64,000 nt of DNA, from the IMG/VR virus record IMGVR_UViG_3300027833_000032. One strand, 5' to 3'. The notes beneath the pieces were generated by a model. The model worked only from the letters and a program-made list of their open reading frames with translations. It ran no database searches and had not been told where the DNA came from. Source of the stretch: an uncultured virus (IMG/VR IMGVR_UViG_3300027833_000032). Its lineage: Duplodnaviria; Heunggongvirae; Uroviricota; Caudoviricetes. The position numbers and the translations under genes are program-made. Positions 26,571-38,000 of this stretch are shown here, in pieces (the first letter of the stretch is position 1; every line of letters starts with the position of its first letter).

Positions 26571-28223
26571 ATGGCAGAAATACTTTCAAATAGCTTCAAA
26601 ACAGATGTTACCCGATTATTTATTGACGATCTCGTCACTAATGACTATTGGCTATTTGTTTCTGGAATTGATTCATTTACTCCAACAGACTCAGTTAAGT
26701 CAAAGCGTGAGTTCTTAGAGAAAACTTTATTCGCTAAAAGAGTAATCGAAAGCGATATTCACTTTATGATTAAGTATTATCCTTGGCAGGTTGGTTCAGT
26801 ATATATTGAATATGATGATACAACAGATTTAACCGGTAAGAAATTTTATGCAGTGGTTGGTCCAAACGATAATGATACTGGTGACTATCGTGTTTATAAA
26901 TGTTTAAATAATAATAGCGGTGCTACAGCAAGTACACCACCTAATTACGATGCTACTAATACAAACCAGGTTTATTCAACAGCTGATGGATATGTTTGGA
27001 AATACATGTATGTTATTAGCTCATTAGAATTTGATGCTTATAACGCTATTGGTTATGTTCCAATTACACCAACACCAGTTCCTAATAATCCTATAGCAAC
27101 TACTGCAAGTACAGTTTCAGATATTATTGTAACTAACCAAGTTGATAACTATGGATATGTTGTTGAAAGCGGCGCATTCGCTTTAACACCTTTCTCAAGT
27201 GGTACTATAATAGTAGAACCTTCAACTACGTTTAGTCCAATAACAAATTATTACACTGGCCAATACTTATATGCAACAAATCCAAGTAATGGTGTTTCAA
27301 GATTATGGCAAATTACTTATTACGCTTATAATATTACTACAGGTAATGCTGAATTGCGTGTTGGCGCAGAATTATTAACCGGAGCAGCTAGTCCAGATAT
27401 ATCCGGTGTTGCAAGCAATGCTAATTTTAAAATATTACCTAGAGTTAAAATTGAAGGTGATGGTTCTGGAGCTATAGGAATACCAACAATTGTTAATAAT
27501 AGAATAACTAAAATAACTGTATTAAGTGAAGGAAGCAATTATACAAACGCCACAGCAAGTATTGTAGATCCTGCTTATGGTTTTGATCCTGAAGATACTA
27601 CAACAACTGATATTAGAGCACTAATACGACCTCGCTTATCACCAGCTGGAGGCCACGGCTTTAATTTAATCGACGAATTTAGTTGTAAGCACTTTTCACT
27701 ATATGCATATATTTCTGCCGATGATAATACTAAAATTGGTGATACTAATACTTATGGCGCAGTTGGTATTGTGAGAACACCTTCGTTTGATACTGGTTTT
27801 ACCGATACAGTTGTAGATAATAGAATAGCAGTAGTAACAGATGATTTTAGTAAAGTAACAGCTAACGGTTCTATTATTCAAGTCGATAGCACCAACGAAA
27901 CAGTTTTCAGTGGAAGAGTACATGAGGTTGATACAACAGCAAATACAGTTTATATTGCTGAATACTTAGGACCTTATACTAATAACTCAGCTACTGGAAT
28001 AGCTTTACACACAAATAACCAAAACGATGTGCCATTAGATTTAACTTTACCATTTAGAAACGATACCGGCCAGACAATAAATATAAATACACCTGTAGGA
28101 AGCAACGTAACTCTATCCAAATACACACAAAGAACTGGTGAAGTTTACTTTATGGAAAACTTCTTCCCACTAGCCCGAACCGATCTATCTCGTGAGGAAT
28201 TTAAGTTTGTACTGGAATTTTAA
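26571..28223 (+). CDS. gp8: baseplate wedge subunit
   Basis: YRVYKCLNNN.G..ST.PP, ADGYVWKYMY, P.GGHG and C-terminal EEFKFVLEF motifs. Confidence 0.9.
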   Translation: MAEILSNSFKTDVTRLFIDDLVTNDYWLFVSGIDSFTPTDSVKSKREFLEKTLFAKRVIESDIHFMIKYYPWQVGSVYIEYDDTTDLTGKKFYAVVGPNDNDTGDYRVYKCLNNNSGATASTPPNYDATNTNQVYSTADGYVWKYMYVISSLEFDAYNAIGYVPITPTPVPNNPIATTASTVSDIIVTNQVDNYGYVVESGAFALTPFSSGTIIVEPSTTFSPITNYYTGQYLYATNPSNGVSRLWQITYYAYNITTGNAELRVGAELLTGAASPDISGVASNANFKILPRVKIEGDGSGAIGIPTIVNNRITKITVLSEGSNYTNATASIVDPAYGFDPEDTTTTDIRALIRPRLSPAGGHGFNLIDEFSCKHFSLYAYISADDNTKIGDTNTYGAVGIVRTPSFDTGFTDTVVDNRIAVVTDDFSKVTANGSIIQVDSTNETVFSGRVHEVDTTANTVYIAEYLGPYTNNSATGIALHTNNQNDVPLDLTLPFRNDTGQTININTPVGSNVTLSKYTQRTGEVYFMENFFPLARTDLSREEFKFVLEF

Positions 28224-28236
28224 GGAAATAATATAA

Positions 28237-31200
28237 ATGCCTATTAACACAAATCTCAACCAATCGCCTTATTTTGACGATTATGATCAAGATAAGCAGT
28301 TTAATCGCATTTTGTTCAAGCCAGGCTTTGCGGTTCAGGCTCGTGAGCTAACGCAGCTTCAGTCTATACTTCAGAACCAAGTTCAGCAATTTGGTGATAA
28401 TGTATTTAAAGAAGGAAGCATTGTTAAAGGATGTACCTTTACTGATATCGACGGTTTGCAATATGTTAAAATCAGAGAAGGTACTGTTACCACTTTTGAT
28501 CCAACCCTTTATGTCAGTAAAGTTGTATCGGAAGCGGTTGTTGGCGGCGCAATACAAGAGGTTGATTACGTATATAAAATTACTGGTCAAACATCTCAGC
28601 TTGAAGCACAAATTATTGCTGCAGTAAGAGGTTCTCAAGGTACTTCATCTGCTGGCGCGCCAAATAACACCTTCTTTATTAAATACTTAAATACTACTAC
28701 AAGTTATTCACAGTTCAGTCAAGGCGAAAAGTTTGATATTTCGTTAACAAAATATAAGCGTGGTACTGGTGTTCCAGTGAACGCGTCTCAATCTATTACT
28801 CTTCCAACAAGTGGTACAGACACTGTAACCATTTGGAATGACAGTGACGCAGTTGGTAACTCATTCGGTATTGAGTCATCTCCAGGTGTACTATTCCAAA
28901 AAGGCCACTTCATTTACGCCGAAGAACAAATATTAATTATAGAAAACTATAGTAATATTCCTTCTAATAAATCTATTGGTTTCCGTGTTGTAGAAAATAC
29001 AATTAATGCTCTTGTTGATAGTTCATTATATGACAATGCTTTTGGATCTAAAAATCAAAACGCGCCTGGTGCAGACAGATTACAATTAGTTCCTAAGTTA
29101 GTAGTTAAAACAGCTGCTGAAGCTAAAGAAGATCCAGACTTTTTCTCATTGATTCGTTATCAAAACGGAAACGCAGTTACGTTAAGAGATGTATCTCAGT
29201 TTAATGTTCTAGGTGAAGAATTAGCAAGAAGAACATACGAAGAGTCAGGTAACTACGTATTAGAACAATTCCCAGTACGAAGTGATGACAGAATACCTCA
29301 AGGTGAAGCTACTAGTAAAGTACATGCACTAGTAGGTCAAGGAGTTGCTTATGTTAAAGGTTTCCGTGTAGAAAATAGTGGTGAACAATCATTTGAAATT
29401 GACCAAATAACAAATACAGATGTACTTAACAATCAATCTATTGCTACTGAATATGGTCACTATGTTAAAGTTACTTCATATCTCGGCCATGTTGATATTG
29501 ACTGGACACCAATTGATTTACAAAATTCAAGTGGATCAAAAATTGGTGAAGCAGTTGCTATTAACATGACACCGACAAGATTATACCTCGCAAATATTTC
29601 AATGTCTGGAAGTATTGCAGACTTAGCCAGAGTAACAGATGGTAACGGTGTTATTTCAGTTGGTAATGTTTTACAAGCAGCCTCAAATAAAGCACTAATA
29701 TTCCCTTCTGGCTTAATTAGTACTTTCGATATGACAGATACTTTAATACCTGTTCGTACTAAAGCAGAAGTTACGCACACTGGTGGTGCAATTACAATTA
29801 CTGCAAACTCTGGTGAAGACTTTATTTGCTCAAATAGCAAAGAAGATATTTGTGTTGTAGAAAAAACAACTAACTTAAGTAGGATTGTTTCAGCAGTAAC
29901 AGTTACTAATAACAATTCAGAATTAAATATTACTATTGACGCAGCCGCAGCAAGCCCAGTATATGTTTACTATAATAAGAGATTAGTTGGTTCTGCTAAC
30001 GGCGTTGATTCCTATAATAAAATTGTAAGAGAGCCTTACGTTAAAGTAAATTACTCAGGTAATGCTACTCCTGCTAATACAAAATATAGTTTAGGTTTCC
30101 CAGACGTATTTGAAATAACAGAAATTAAAACTTTGGGCACAGGCCCTGTCGACCCAACCACAGGGCTGAATATTGACGAAGACTTTACAGGAAGTTTCAG
30201 ATTAAAACGAAATCAAAAAGATCAGTTCTATGACTTATCTTATATTGAGTATATAAACGGTCGACCAAAACCTCTAGATGGAACTGGAAATCTTTACATT
30301 AAAATGAAAGTATTTGAGTGCGACGAGTCCACTGGTAGCTACTTCTTTAATATTAATAGTTATCCGAATACCCTTGATCGAAATGACATACCGGTTCATC
30401 TGGGTGACTCTGGTGGACAATACAACCTTAGAGACAGCTTAGACTTCAGGCCTCACTGTGACAAAGACACAAACGCTAACTATGGTATAACAACTACTGG
30501 TGCAGCACCAAGTATTACAGCTGCTGTGGGTTCAACAATACCAACATTTGCAGATAAAGGCGCTCCGCTAATACCAACGTTTACTGATGGTGTTACAACA
30601 GATATCGAGCATTACTTAACTCGTGTTGATACTATTACAGTTAACTCTTACGGCGATATAAGTTTAATTAAAGGTAAGGAAGCACGATTTGCAGTTCCAC
30701 CTCAACTTGAAACTGATAAACTAGCGATCGCCCAAGTTAATGTTCCTGGTTACCCTGCGTTATCATCACAAGATGCTGATAAACAAGCAAAACGCGCATA
30801 CGCTATCACGATGAAGCCAACGGGAATTAAAAACTACACCATGAAAGATCTACACTCATTAGAGAAAAAGATCGATAACATGGCATACTATATCTCATTA
30901 AATCAGTTAGAATCTGACACACAGAATCTAACAGTGCTTGATGAAAATGGACTATCAAGATTTAAAAATGGTTTTATTGTAGATCCGTTTAATAACTTAT
31001 CTCTAGCAGATATTGGTAATCCGGAGTTTAGAGCAGCTGTTCCATTTAGCCAAAAGATTTTAACTCCAGCTCTAAACACATTCCCATTGGATCTTAAATA
31101 TAAGTCAAGCACATCTTCTACTATATTCCCTAGTGTATCAAAGCCGAAGGTTTCTACTTTAACAAGAGATTCAAATGTTAACATTATAGAACAACCATAC

Positions 31201-33732
31201 GCTACTAATTTCAGAAATTGTGTATCTAACTTCTACAAATATGCAGGTGAAGGTGTTATCTCACCCCCATACGACGCTGCTTACGATACAACAACAAACC
31301 CTGTTACTTTAGATATAGATCTTACAAGTCACTTTGAAGAATTTGTTGATAATATTCAACAGTTCATTCCAATGACTGATACTACAATTTCTCGCGAACG
31401 CCTCATTGAGCTCACGGGCGGTGACAACTTTCTATTCTTAGGAGCTCGACGCCGTGGCATGGGATGGCTACAGGAGCAAATTGCAACAACTACAAGAGAA
31501 ATAGAGGTTGGAGAACAAATTATAAGCGCACCTGTTGGTGACTTTGTATCTAACTTCTCGTTCGAGCCGTTCATGGCCTCTCGTGATATTAAGATTTATA
31601 TGTCAGGATTGAGACCAGACACTGATCATTACTTCTTCTTTGATGGAGTTGATGTTAATGCACATGTTGCTAAAGGTACTCCAACTGCAAATAATGTTGA
31701 AGATATTGAAAGGTTTGGTGACAAAGGTATCACTTCAATTGCAACTGACTCAACTGGTGTATTAAGAGCAGTATTCCATATACCAGCTGGAACATTCTAT
31801 GTTGGAGATCGAGTATTAGAGATTGTTGATGTCAACCAGTATTCAAGCATTGATAGTGGTGCTACTTCTAAAGGTTTCGTAACATACCGTGCCTATAACT
31901 TCTCTATTGAAAAATCATCACTTACTACTTCAACTCGTGCACCAACATTTGATATTAATAGTACTACAACCTTTAGAAATGTAACTCGAAGAATACGTGG
32001 TCGTGATCCAATTGCTCAAACCTTCTTTATAAAGAAAGGTATGGGTTCAGGCTCAAATTCAATCTTCTTATCTGAAGTCGACGTATACTTTAAACGTGTT
32101 AGTGCAGATAATGGTATTACTTTACAAATACGTGAAGTTATTAATGGTTTCCCAACAAACCAAATTATTCCATTCTCAAAAGTACATAAATTACCAGCAA
32201 ATCTTACTTCAGCTGTTAGTGATGACGCTTCAGTAGCAACCACATTTACTTTCGAAGCACCAGTTAGACTTGATGTTGAAAAAGAATATTGTTTAGTATT
32301 ACAGCCTGATGCTTCAGATCCTAATTATTTAGTATTCATATCTAAAGTTGGTGGGATTGACTTAACGCCTGGTTCATCTCAAGGAACTGCGATCGTGCAG
32401 GATTGGGGTGACGGTGTATTATTCAGTTCAACAAACAACAGCGCATGGCAATCTTACCAAGACGAAGATATGAAGTTTACTCTACGTAGACATAACTTCA
32501 GTGCTTCTACTGGTTCTGTTACATTAACAAATAACGATAATGAGTTTTTAACCTTAAACAATATTACGCCATCTACTTCATCTAATTACTTTATTCCTGG
32601 TGAAGTTGTTTATTCTGTTAAAGAAACTACTTCCGCAACAGCAAATACTGGTGGAGTTACTTTAAACTCTACTACAGTTTCACAGAACGACTGTGATCAA
32701 ACATATGTTATCGGTGACTTTGTTAAAATTGTAAATGGAGCTAATACTCAAATAGCTGAGATTGTTAATATACCAACTTCAAACACTTTTGTAATTAAAT
32801 CGCCATGGCCGTACAACACTGCAACAGGTATTCCTATTAATCCAGTTGTAAAAGGTAATATTTCAAATTATAATACAAGAACACCTGCCATACTACAACT
32901 CGAAGCAAGTTCTGCTACAGCAACTAAAAACTTTGTTTCAACAGAAACTATTACAGGTGCTGATAGTAAAGTATCTGCAATCATTACATCGGTTGATAAT
33001 ATCAATTTAAGTTATGTGCAGCCAATGATTATGAAAGCAAATGATTCAGTATCTACTACAACACTAGACGGTACACTCGTGCCACCAAGTGCTATAAATA
33101 CTACATACACATCTACACTAGCATTTAATGATAATAATCACTTTAGTCAAAATGGTGCAATAGTTTATAGTAAATCGAACGATCCAACTCGTTCTAAATC
33201 GTTCGACTTTATTATTAACATGGCAAATGGAAGTAATGTAACCTCAACACCATTTATTGATATTGAAGCATCTAAGTTGATCGCTTATCAATACACACTT
33301 AACACAGATCAAGCAGAGTCTAGTAATTATATCTCTAAACTTGTTGAACTTGCTACTGATTTAGATGCTGAAGATATAAATGTGTTTGTAACTGGTTATA
33401 GACCGGTTAATTCAGATATTAAAGTCTATATTAAAGCTCAAAATGCTTTTGATACATCAGACCTTGATTCTATCGGCTGGACTGAATTAGAGATGTTTGA
33501 AGGAGTAGGTACATTCTCATCTAATTCAAATATTAGAGATTATAGGGAGTTCCAATACAGAATACCGGCTACTGCTAAAGTAGGAAGTGTACTGAGTGGA
33601 GCTCATACATACACCTCAAGTAATGGTACATTTAATGAATTTAGAAGGTTTAAGATTAAAATTGCTTTAACCTCATCTAATATTCACAATGCTCCTACAT
33701 TGAGAGATTATAGAGCTATAGCTCTCACATAG
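28237..33732 (+). CDS. large virion structural protein, VrlC/DUF4815-like
   Basis: PYFDDY....F.RILFKPG.AVQARELTQLQ, APGADRL, LARRTYEESGNY, RFKNGFIVDPF, DPIAQTF motifs; follows gp8; late promoter motif at 28082-28089. Confidence 0.85.
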   Translation: MPINTNLNQSPYFDDYDQDKQFNRILFKPGFAVQARELTQLQSILQNQVQQFGDNVFKEGSIVKGCTFTDIDGLQYVKIREGTVTTFDPTLYVSKVVSEAVVGGAIQEVDYVYKITGQTSQLEAQIIAAVRGSQGTSSAGAPNNTFFIKYLNTTTSYSQFSQGEKFDISLTKYKRGTGVPVNASQSITLPTSGTDTVTIWNDSDAVGNSFGIESSPGVLFQKGHFIYAEEQILIIENYSNIPSNKSIGFRVVENTINALVDSSLYDNAFGSKNQNAPGADRLQLVPKLVVKTAAEAKEDPDFFSLIRYQNGNAVTLRDVSQFNVLGEELARRTYEESGNYVLEQFPVRSDDRIPQGEATSKVHALVGQGVAYVKGFRVENSGEQSFEIDQITNTDVLNNQSIATEYGHYVKVTSYLGHVDIDWTPIDLQNSSGSKIGEAVAINMTPTRLYLANISMSGSIADLARVTDGNGVISVGNVLQAASNKALIFPSGLISTFDMTDTLIPVRTKAEVTHTGGAITITANSGEDFICSNSKEDICVVEKTTNLSRIVSAVTVTNNNSELNITIDAAAASPVYVYYNKRLVGSANGVDSYNKIVREPYVKVNYSGNATPANTKYSLGFPDVFEITEIKTLGTGPVDPTTGLNIDEDFTGSFRLKRNQKDQFYDLSYIEYINGRPKPLDGTGNLYIKMKVFECDESTGSYFFNINSYPNTLDRNDIPVHLGDSGGQYNLRDSLDFRPHCDKDTNANYGITTTGAAPSITAAVGSTIPTFADKGAPLIPTFTDGVTTDIEHYLTRVDTITVNSYGDISLIKGKEARFAVPPQLETDKLAIAQVNVPGYPALSSQDADKQAKRAYAITMKPTGIKNYTMKDLHSLEKKIDNMAYYISLNQLESDTQNLTVLDENGLSRFKNGFIVDPFNNLSLADIGNPEFRAAVPFSQKILTPALNTFPLDLKYKSSTSSTIFPSVSKPKVSTLTRDSNVNIIEQPYATNFRNCVSNFYKYAGEGVISPPYDAAYDTTTNPVTLDIDLTSHFEEFVDNIQQFIPMTDTTISRERLIELTGGDNFLFLGARRRGMGWLQEQIATTTREIEVGEQIISAPVGDFVSNFSFEPFMASRDIKIYMSGLRPDTDHYFFFDGVDVNAHVAKGTPTANNVEDIERFGDKGITSIATDSTGVLRAVFHIPAGTFYVGDRVLEIVDVNQYSSIDSGATSKGFVTYRAYNFSIEKSSLTTSTRAPTFDINSTTTFRNVTRRIRGRDPIAQTFFIKKGMGSGSNSIFLSEVDVYFKRVSADNGITLQIREVINGFPTNQIIPFSKVHKLPANLTSAVSDDASVATTFTFEAPVRLDVEKEYCLVLQPDASDPNYLVFISKVGGIDLTPGSSQGTAIVQDWGDGVLFSSTNNSAWQSYQDEDMKFTLRRHNFSASTGSVTLTNNDNEFLTLNNITPSTSSNYFIPGEVVYSVKETTSATANTGGVTLNSTTVSQNDCDQTYVIGDFVKIVNGANTQIAEIVNIPTSNTFVIKSPWPYNTATGIPINPVVKGNISNYNTRTPAILQLEASSATATKNFVSTETITGADSKVSAIITSVDNINLSYVQPMIMKANDSVSTTTLDGTLVPPSAINTTYTSTLAFNDNNHFSQNGAIVYSKSNDPTRSKSFDFIINMANGSNVTSTPFIDIEASKLIAYQYTLNTDQAESSNYISKLVELATDLDAEDINVFVTGYRPVNSDIKVYIKAQNAFDTSDLDSIGWTELEMFEGVGTFSSNSNIRDYREFQYRIPATAKVGSVLSGAHTYTSSNGTFNEFRRFKIKIALTSSNIHNAPTLRDYRAIALT

Positions 33733-33743
33733 GACGCATTAAA

Positions 33744-33929
33744 ATGAGCAACGTAAAAAGAGATTCAACATCTGGAGCAATAGTAAACACAGATGTGTCC
33801 GCGCTGAATAAATATAAAGTAGAGCGGAATTATTATCGTAAAGTAGACAAACTACAAGACGATATATTAGAAATCAAACGCAGTATTATATCTATATACG
33901 AACGAATTGAAAAACTGGAAAACAAGTAA
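33744..33929 (+). CDS. small coiled-coil hypothetical protein
   Basis: RD..SGAIVNTD...LNKYK motif, AGGA RBS, coupled to the next gene; internal AATAAATA at 33807-33814. Confidence 0.75.
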   Translation: MSNVKRDSTSGAIVNTDVSALNKYKVERNYYRKVDKLQDDILEIKRSIISIYERIEKLENK

Positions 33930-35011
33930 TGGCAAAGGCTAATTTACAGAATATTGCAACCTCTGGTACATTCCAGAACTGGTTTGATAAAACCAATGAG
34001 ATTGTAAATATTATTAAGACTGATACTCTTACAGCAGGCGGAGATACGACTACTGGTAATGCTATTTTGGCTGGTAATTTTACAGCAACTAATTTAACTG
34101 CAACAACATCATTGCTAGCAGATGCTATAGCGCCGAATACTGGTGCTGCTACTATTCAAGTAAATGGCCAAACTAAAATTAACGGTACATCTCAAAACGC
34201 TTTAATAGTTTCTCATGGTACTGGTGGACAAGCACAATTTACAAACGGTAGTATTACTTGGAATGCTGGTCTTAAAGATAGTGGTGGAAACTTTATTATT
34301 GACACAGGTGCTGGAGCTGATAAATTTAGTCTAGCAACTAATGGTATGCTTACTGTACCTAATATTACAGTTACTGAAGATGTTACTGCTAGAAGCTATT
34401 ATGGTGATGGTTCAAATTTAACAGGTGTTGTATCATCAGTTGCTGTTAATGAACTTACAGATGTTACAATTACAAATGCTACATCTGGCCAAGTATTAAA
34501 ATATAATGGGTCTGCTTGGGTTAACGATACAGATTTTGACGGTGGCAGTAATGTAAACGCGCAAACACTCGATAATTTAGATAGTACTGCCTTTTTAAGA
34601 AGTAACGCTAACGATACTTATACAGGCACACTGACTGTTGCTGGTTCTATTAACCAGACTGGTACACTGACTGTTACTGGTTCAATATATGCAACTGGAG
34701 ATGTTACAACCAAATACAGTGCTTCAGATATAGCGCTTAAAGAAAATTTAGAAAAAATAGAACAACCTCTAGAGAAAATATCTCAAATAAGTGGATATAC
34801 ATTTAACTACAAAGATAATAAGGAAGAAAGAATTCCTGGTGTAGTTGCTCAGGAAGTTGAAGAAATTCTCCCCGGTCTTGTATATGACCATGATAGAGAC
34901 GGTGATACATACAAAGCAGTTCGCTATGACAAATTGATTCCCTTACTGATTGAAGGCATCAAAGAATTGAAAGAGAAAGTTAATAATTTAGAAGATCAGT
35001 TATATTCTTGA
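33929..35011 (+). CDS. short tail-fibre protein with C-terminal intramolecular chaperone (peptidase S74)
   Basis: TF..WF.KTNE N-terminus; SD..LKEN, GY.F.Y, GVVAQEVE..LP and V.YDKLIPLLIEGIKEL motifs. Confidence 0.85.
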   Translation: MAKANLQNIATSGTFQNWFDKTNEIVNIIKTDTLTAGGDTTTGNAILAGNFTATNLTATTSLLADAIAPNTGAATIQVNGQTKINGTSQNALIVSHGTGGQAQFTNGSITWNAGLKDSGGNFIIDTGAGADKFSLATNGMLTVPNITVTEDVTARSYYGDGSNLTGVVSSVAVNELTDVTITNATSGQVLKYNGSAWVNDTDFDGGSNVNAQTLDNLDSTAFLRSNANDTYTGTLTVAGSINQTGTLTVTGSIYATGDVTTKYSASDIALKENLEKIEQPLEKISQISGYTFNYKDNKEERIPGVVAQEVEEILPGLVYDHDRDGDTYKAVRYDKLIPLLIEGIKELKEKVNNLEDQLYS

Positions 35012-35029
35012 GTACTTGGGTACTGACCT

Positions 35030-35037
35030 AATAAATA
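35030..35037 (+). promoter_or_regulatory. T4 late promoter (AATAAATA variant)
   Basis: Intergenic, about 24 nt before ATG 35062. Confidence 0.7.
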
Positions 35038-35061
35038 ATAGATAAAAGGGAATAAGATTAA

Positions 35062-38000
35062 ATGTCAAAGATTTCAGAACTAGGTTCCATTACCGGTGCA
35101 AATACCAGGTCAGAAGACCTGCTTGTCATTGTTAACCTTGTTCAAGGTGATGACGGTACCAAGAATATTACGAGAAAAGAACTTGTACAAGCTATTCAGT
35201 ACGAGATATTTGATCGCATCACTATTACAGGTGGAACAATCTCTGGCGTTGCGATGTCAGACAGTACTCTTGATAATGTTACAATTGATAACTCAAATAT
35301 TGAAGATACAGTCTTTATTCGTGGTTCGATTGATGCTACTACTATTACCAATTCAGATGCTAATAACCTGGTTATTACTTCATCTTCGTTTACTGACGGC
35401 TCGCTAGTAGATTCTACTGGTCAGAATCTAACTATTGCTAATTCATCGTTCGACGATGGTACAATTACAAACAGCGATATTTCTAACACTAACTTTACTG
35501 ACGGTGCTATATTTGATAGCACTGCAAATAATGTTGTAATAACAAATTCTCAATTTAATGACGGCACTGGTAATAATGTTACATTAACAAATTCTATTAT
35601 TGATGATTCATCAATCACTGATAGTACTGCAAACAATGTAACAATGACTTCATCTACGTTTACATCTGGTGCAGTTGCTGATAGTACTGCAAACAATGTA
35701 ACAATAACAAGTTCGTCATTTACTTCTGGTACATTGCTAGACTCAACTGGTGTTAATGTAGATTTAACCGGTTCAGATTTTTCAGATGGTACTGGCGCAA
35801 ATAACATATTTACAGATACTGCTCTATTAAATGGTACTGCAAATAACTTCGTAATTACTTCATCACAGCTTAATGACAGTACTGTTAATAACACAATTAT
35901 TACAAGTTCTGAATTTAACGATGGTACTGGTAATAACGTAACGTTAACAAATTCAACCATTGATGATTCTACTTTCACTGATGGTACAATATCTAATACT
36001 GAATTCCAAGGTACAATGCAGAATGTTGTAGCAACTGATATGACAATCAGAAGCTCCGCTGCAGATGGTTTATCTTCTAACAATTCAACCTTTGAAAATG
36101 GTGCAGTATCTGGTTCAACCTTTGACGGCGGAACGATAACAAATACGAATCTTGTAGACTTCGACATGAATTTGACGCAAGAGTTCGACGCGCCGATGGA
36201 CGACGAGTCATACTTTGCTATTCGTAACGAAAGAACTGGTGATACTGAACAGATTAATTTCAACCAACTCTTTGAAGAAGTTTCTAAGAAAACAGCACAA
36301 GCACTTAAAGTTAATGTAGACGCTGGTTCTGGTGATGATAAAAACCCAGGTACGATGATGCAACCAGTAAGAACACTGGAAAGAGCATTTGAACTTTGTT
36401 TAGAAAAAGCAGGTGGTGAATTAAATCGTAACGCAATTAATAACGCGGTTCATATTTCTGTTGGTCCTGGAACATATTATACAAAAGGTAACTTGATGTT
36501 ACCTGATGATTGTTCTTGTACCTCAACTGCTGGTCAGTACGCAACTGTTATCGAGGCGCTGCCTGGATACGAAAACAATAACGGAATCTTAGTTGGTTCT
36601 GGTTGTTATGTTCAGGGTTTTGGTTATCAGAACTGGAAAGTTGATAACTTTGACTTCCCAGAAGGCGGATTCGCAATTGCTTATCGACCTGGTGCTAAAC
36701 TATTACGTTCACCTTACTTAAGAGATAGTACTCAGTTATCTAACTTCTTACGTCAAGATGTTGAGCCACCTCTTAATCCTTATAATACTAAAGGTACACT
36801 TGCTGACCTTGGTCAAACGTTTGTATTAGCGACCGGTTTAACTGGCACATGGTCAGTAGATGATGAAATTAAATTCTCATCTGGTGCAATCGGTTTCCTA
36901 ACTTGGGACGACACATTAGATACAGCAAAAGGATACACTGCTGATATCGCAGTTAATCGCACAATTAGAGTTCGTAATCTAAAAAATGGCGTCGGTTTCA
37001 AAATTGGTGATTCAATAACATCTGAATCTGGTGGTGTTGGTGTAATTGAATCTATCGGTATTGATGACTTCCCTAACAGAGAAGTTGGTCGAGGTGGTGG
37101 TTGTGTACTTGCAGACAGAAGAGTACTTGATCCAGACTCACTATATACTTACGTATTATGTTTTGGTTTCACACCACGTACTCAAAACGGTTTAGGTTAT
37201 GTCGCAAGAGACGGTGCTGGTATTAACGGTATCGGTTCTCTATCAATCTTTGTACGATGCGCATTCTACGCCCTAAACGGCGGACAGATGACGCTGAACA
37301 ACAGTGGTACTCAGTTCGGTGATATCTCAATGCGAGCAAAGGGAACATCACAGTTCTTCCAACCTAAAAATACTACAGCAACAATCGTAGGTAATACTGT
37401 ATTCGGAACTTCCTTAATGGATAATTCTGATGATATTATTACAGATATGACTGACTACCTTACAGACTCAGTCGCTTCAGGCGGTTTAGGTTATACTGGT
37501 TACGACTCAGTTAAATGCGAACGTGATACTGGTATTATAATAGACGGTGTTGGTTACGATATTGCAGTTGATTCTAATTACTGGAGTAGATTAGCAGGTA
37601 TTACTTATAGATCTCCAATATCATCTAAAGTTGTAGGCGATCAGCTAGAAGCAACGTTAGGTGCTAATGTATTCCTACAGAGCCGCATTGAAGATATATT
37701 TGCTACTGCTAATAACGAAATTATTCCAAGAGCAAACACAAGTTTCCAAGAGATGTACAACGTTGTTAAGTACGGCGAAGAAAACATGAATCCAATTATC
37801 TGGCAAGATACAACCAAACCACAGGTTGCTGCTAGAGAATTAATACAAGACAACAGACAGTTTATCACAGATACTCTTATTGATTGGATTGAAAATAACG
37901 AAGAGTTTTACGCATACGATAGTAAAGCGTGTAGACGTGATGTATCTGATTATATCTTACCTGCTGTTAAAAACGACATGGTATTTGATACAAACTTCAA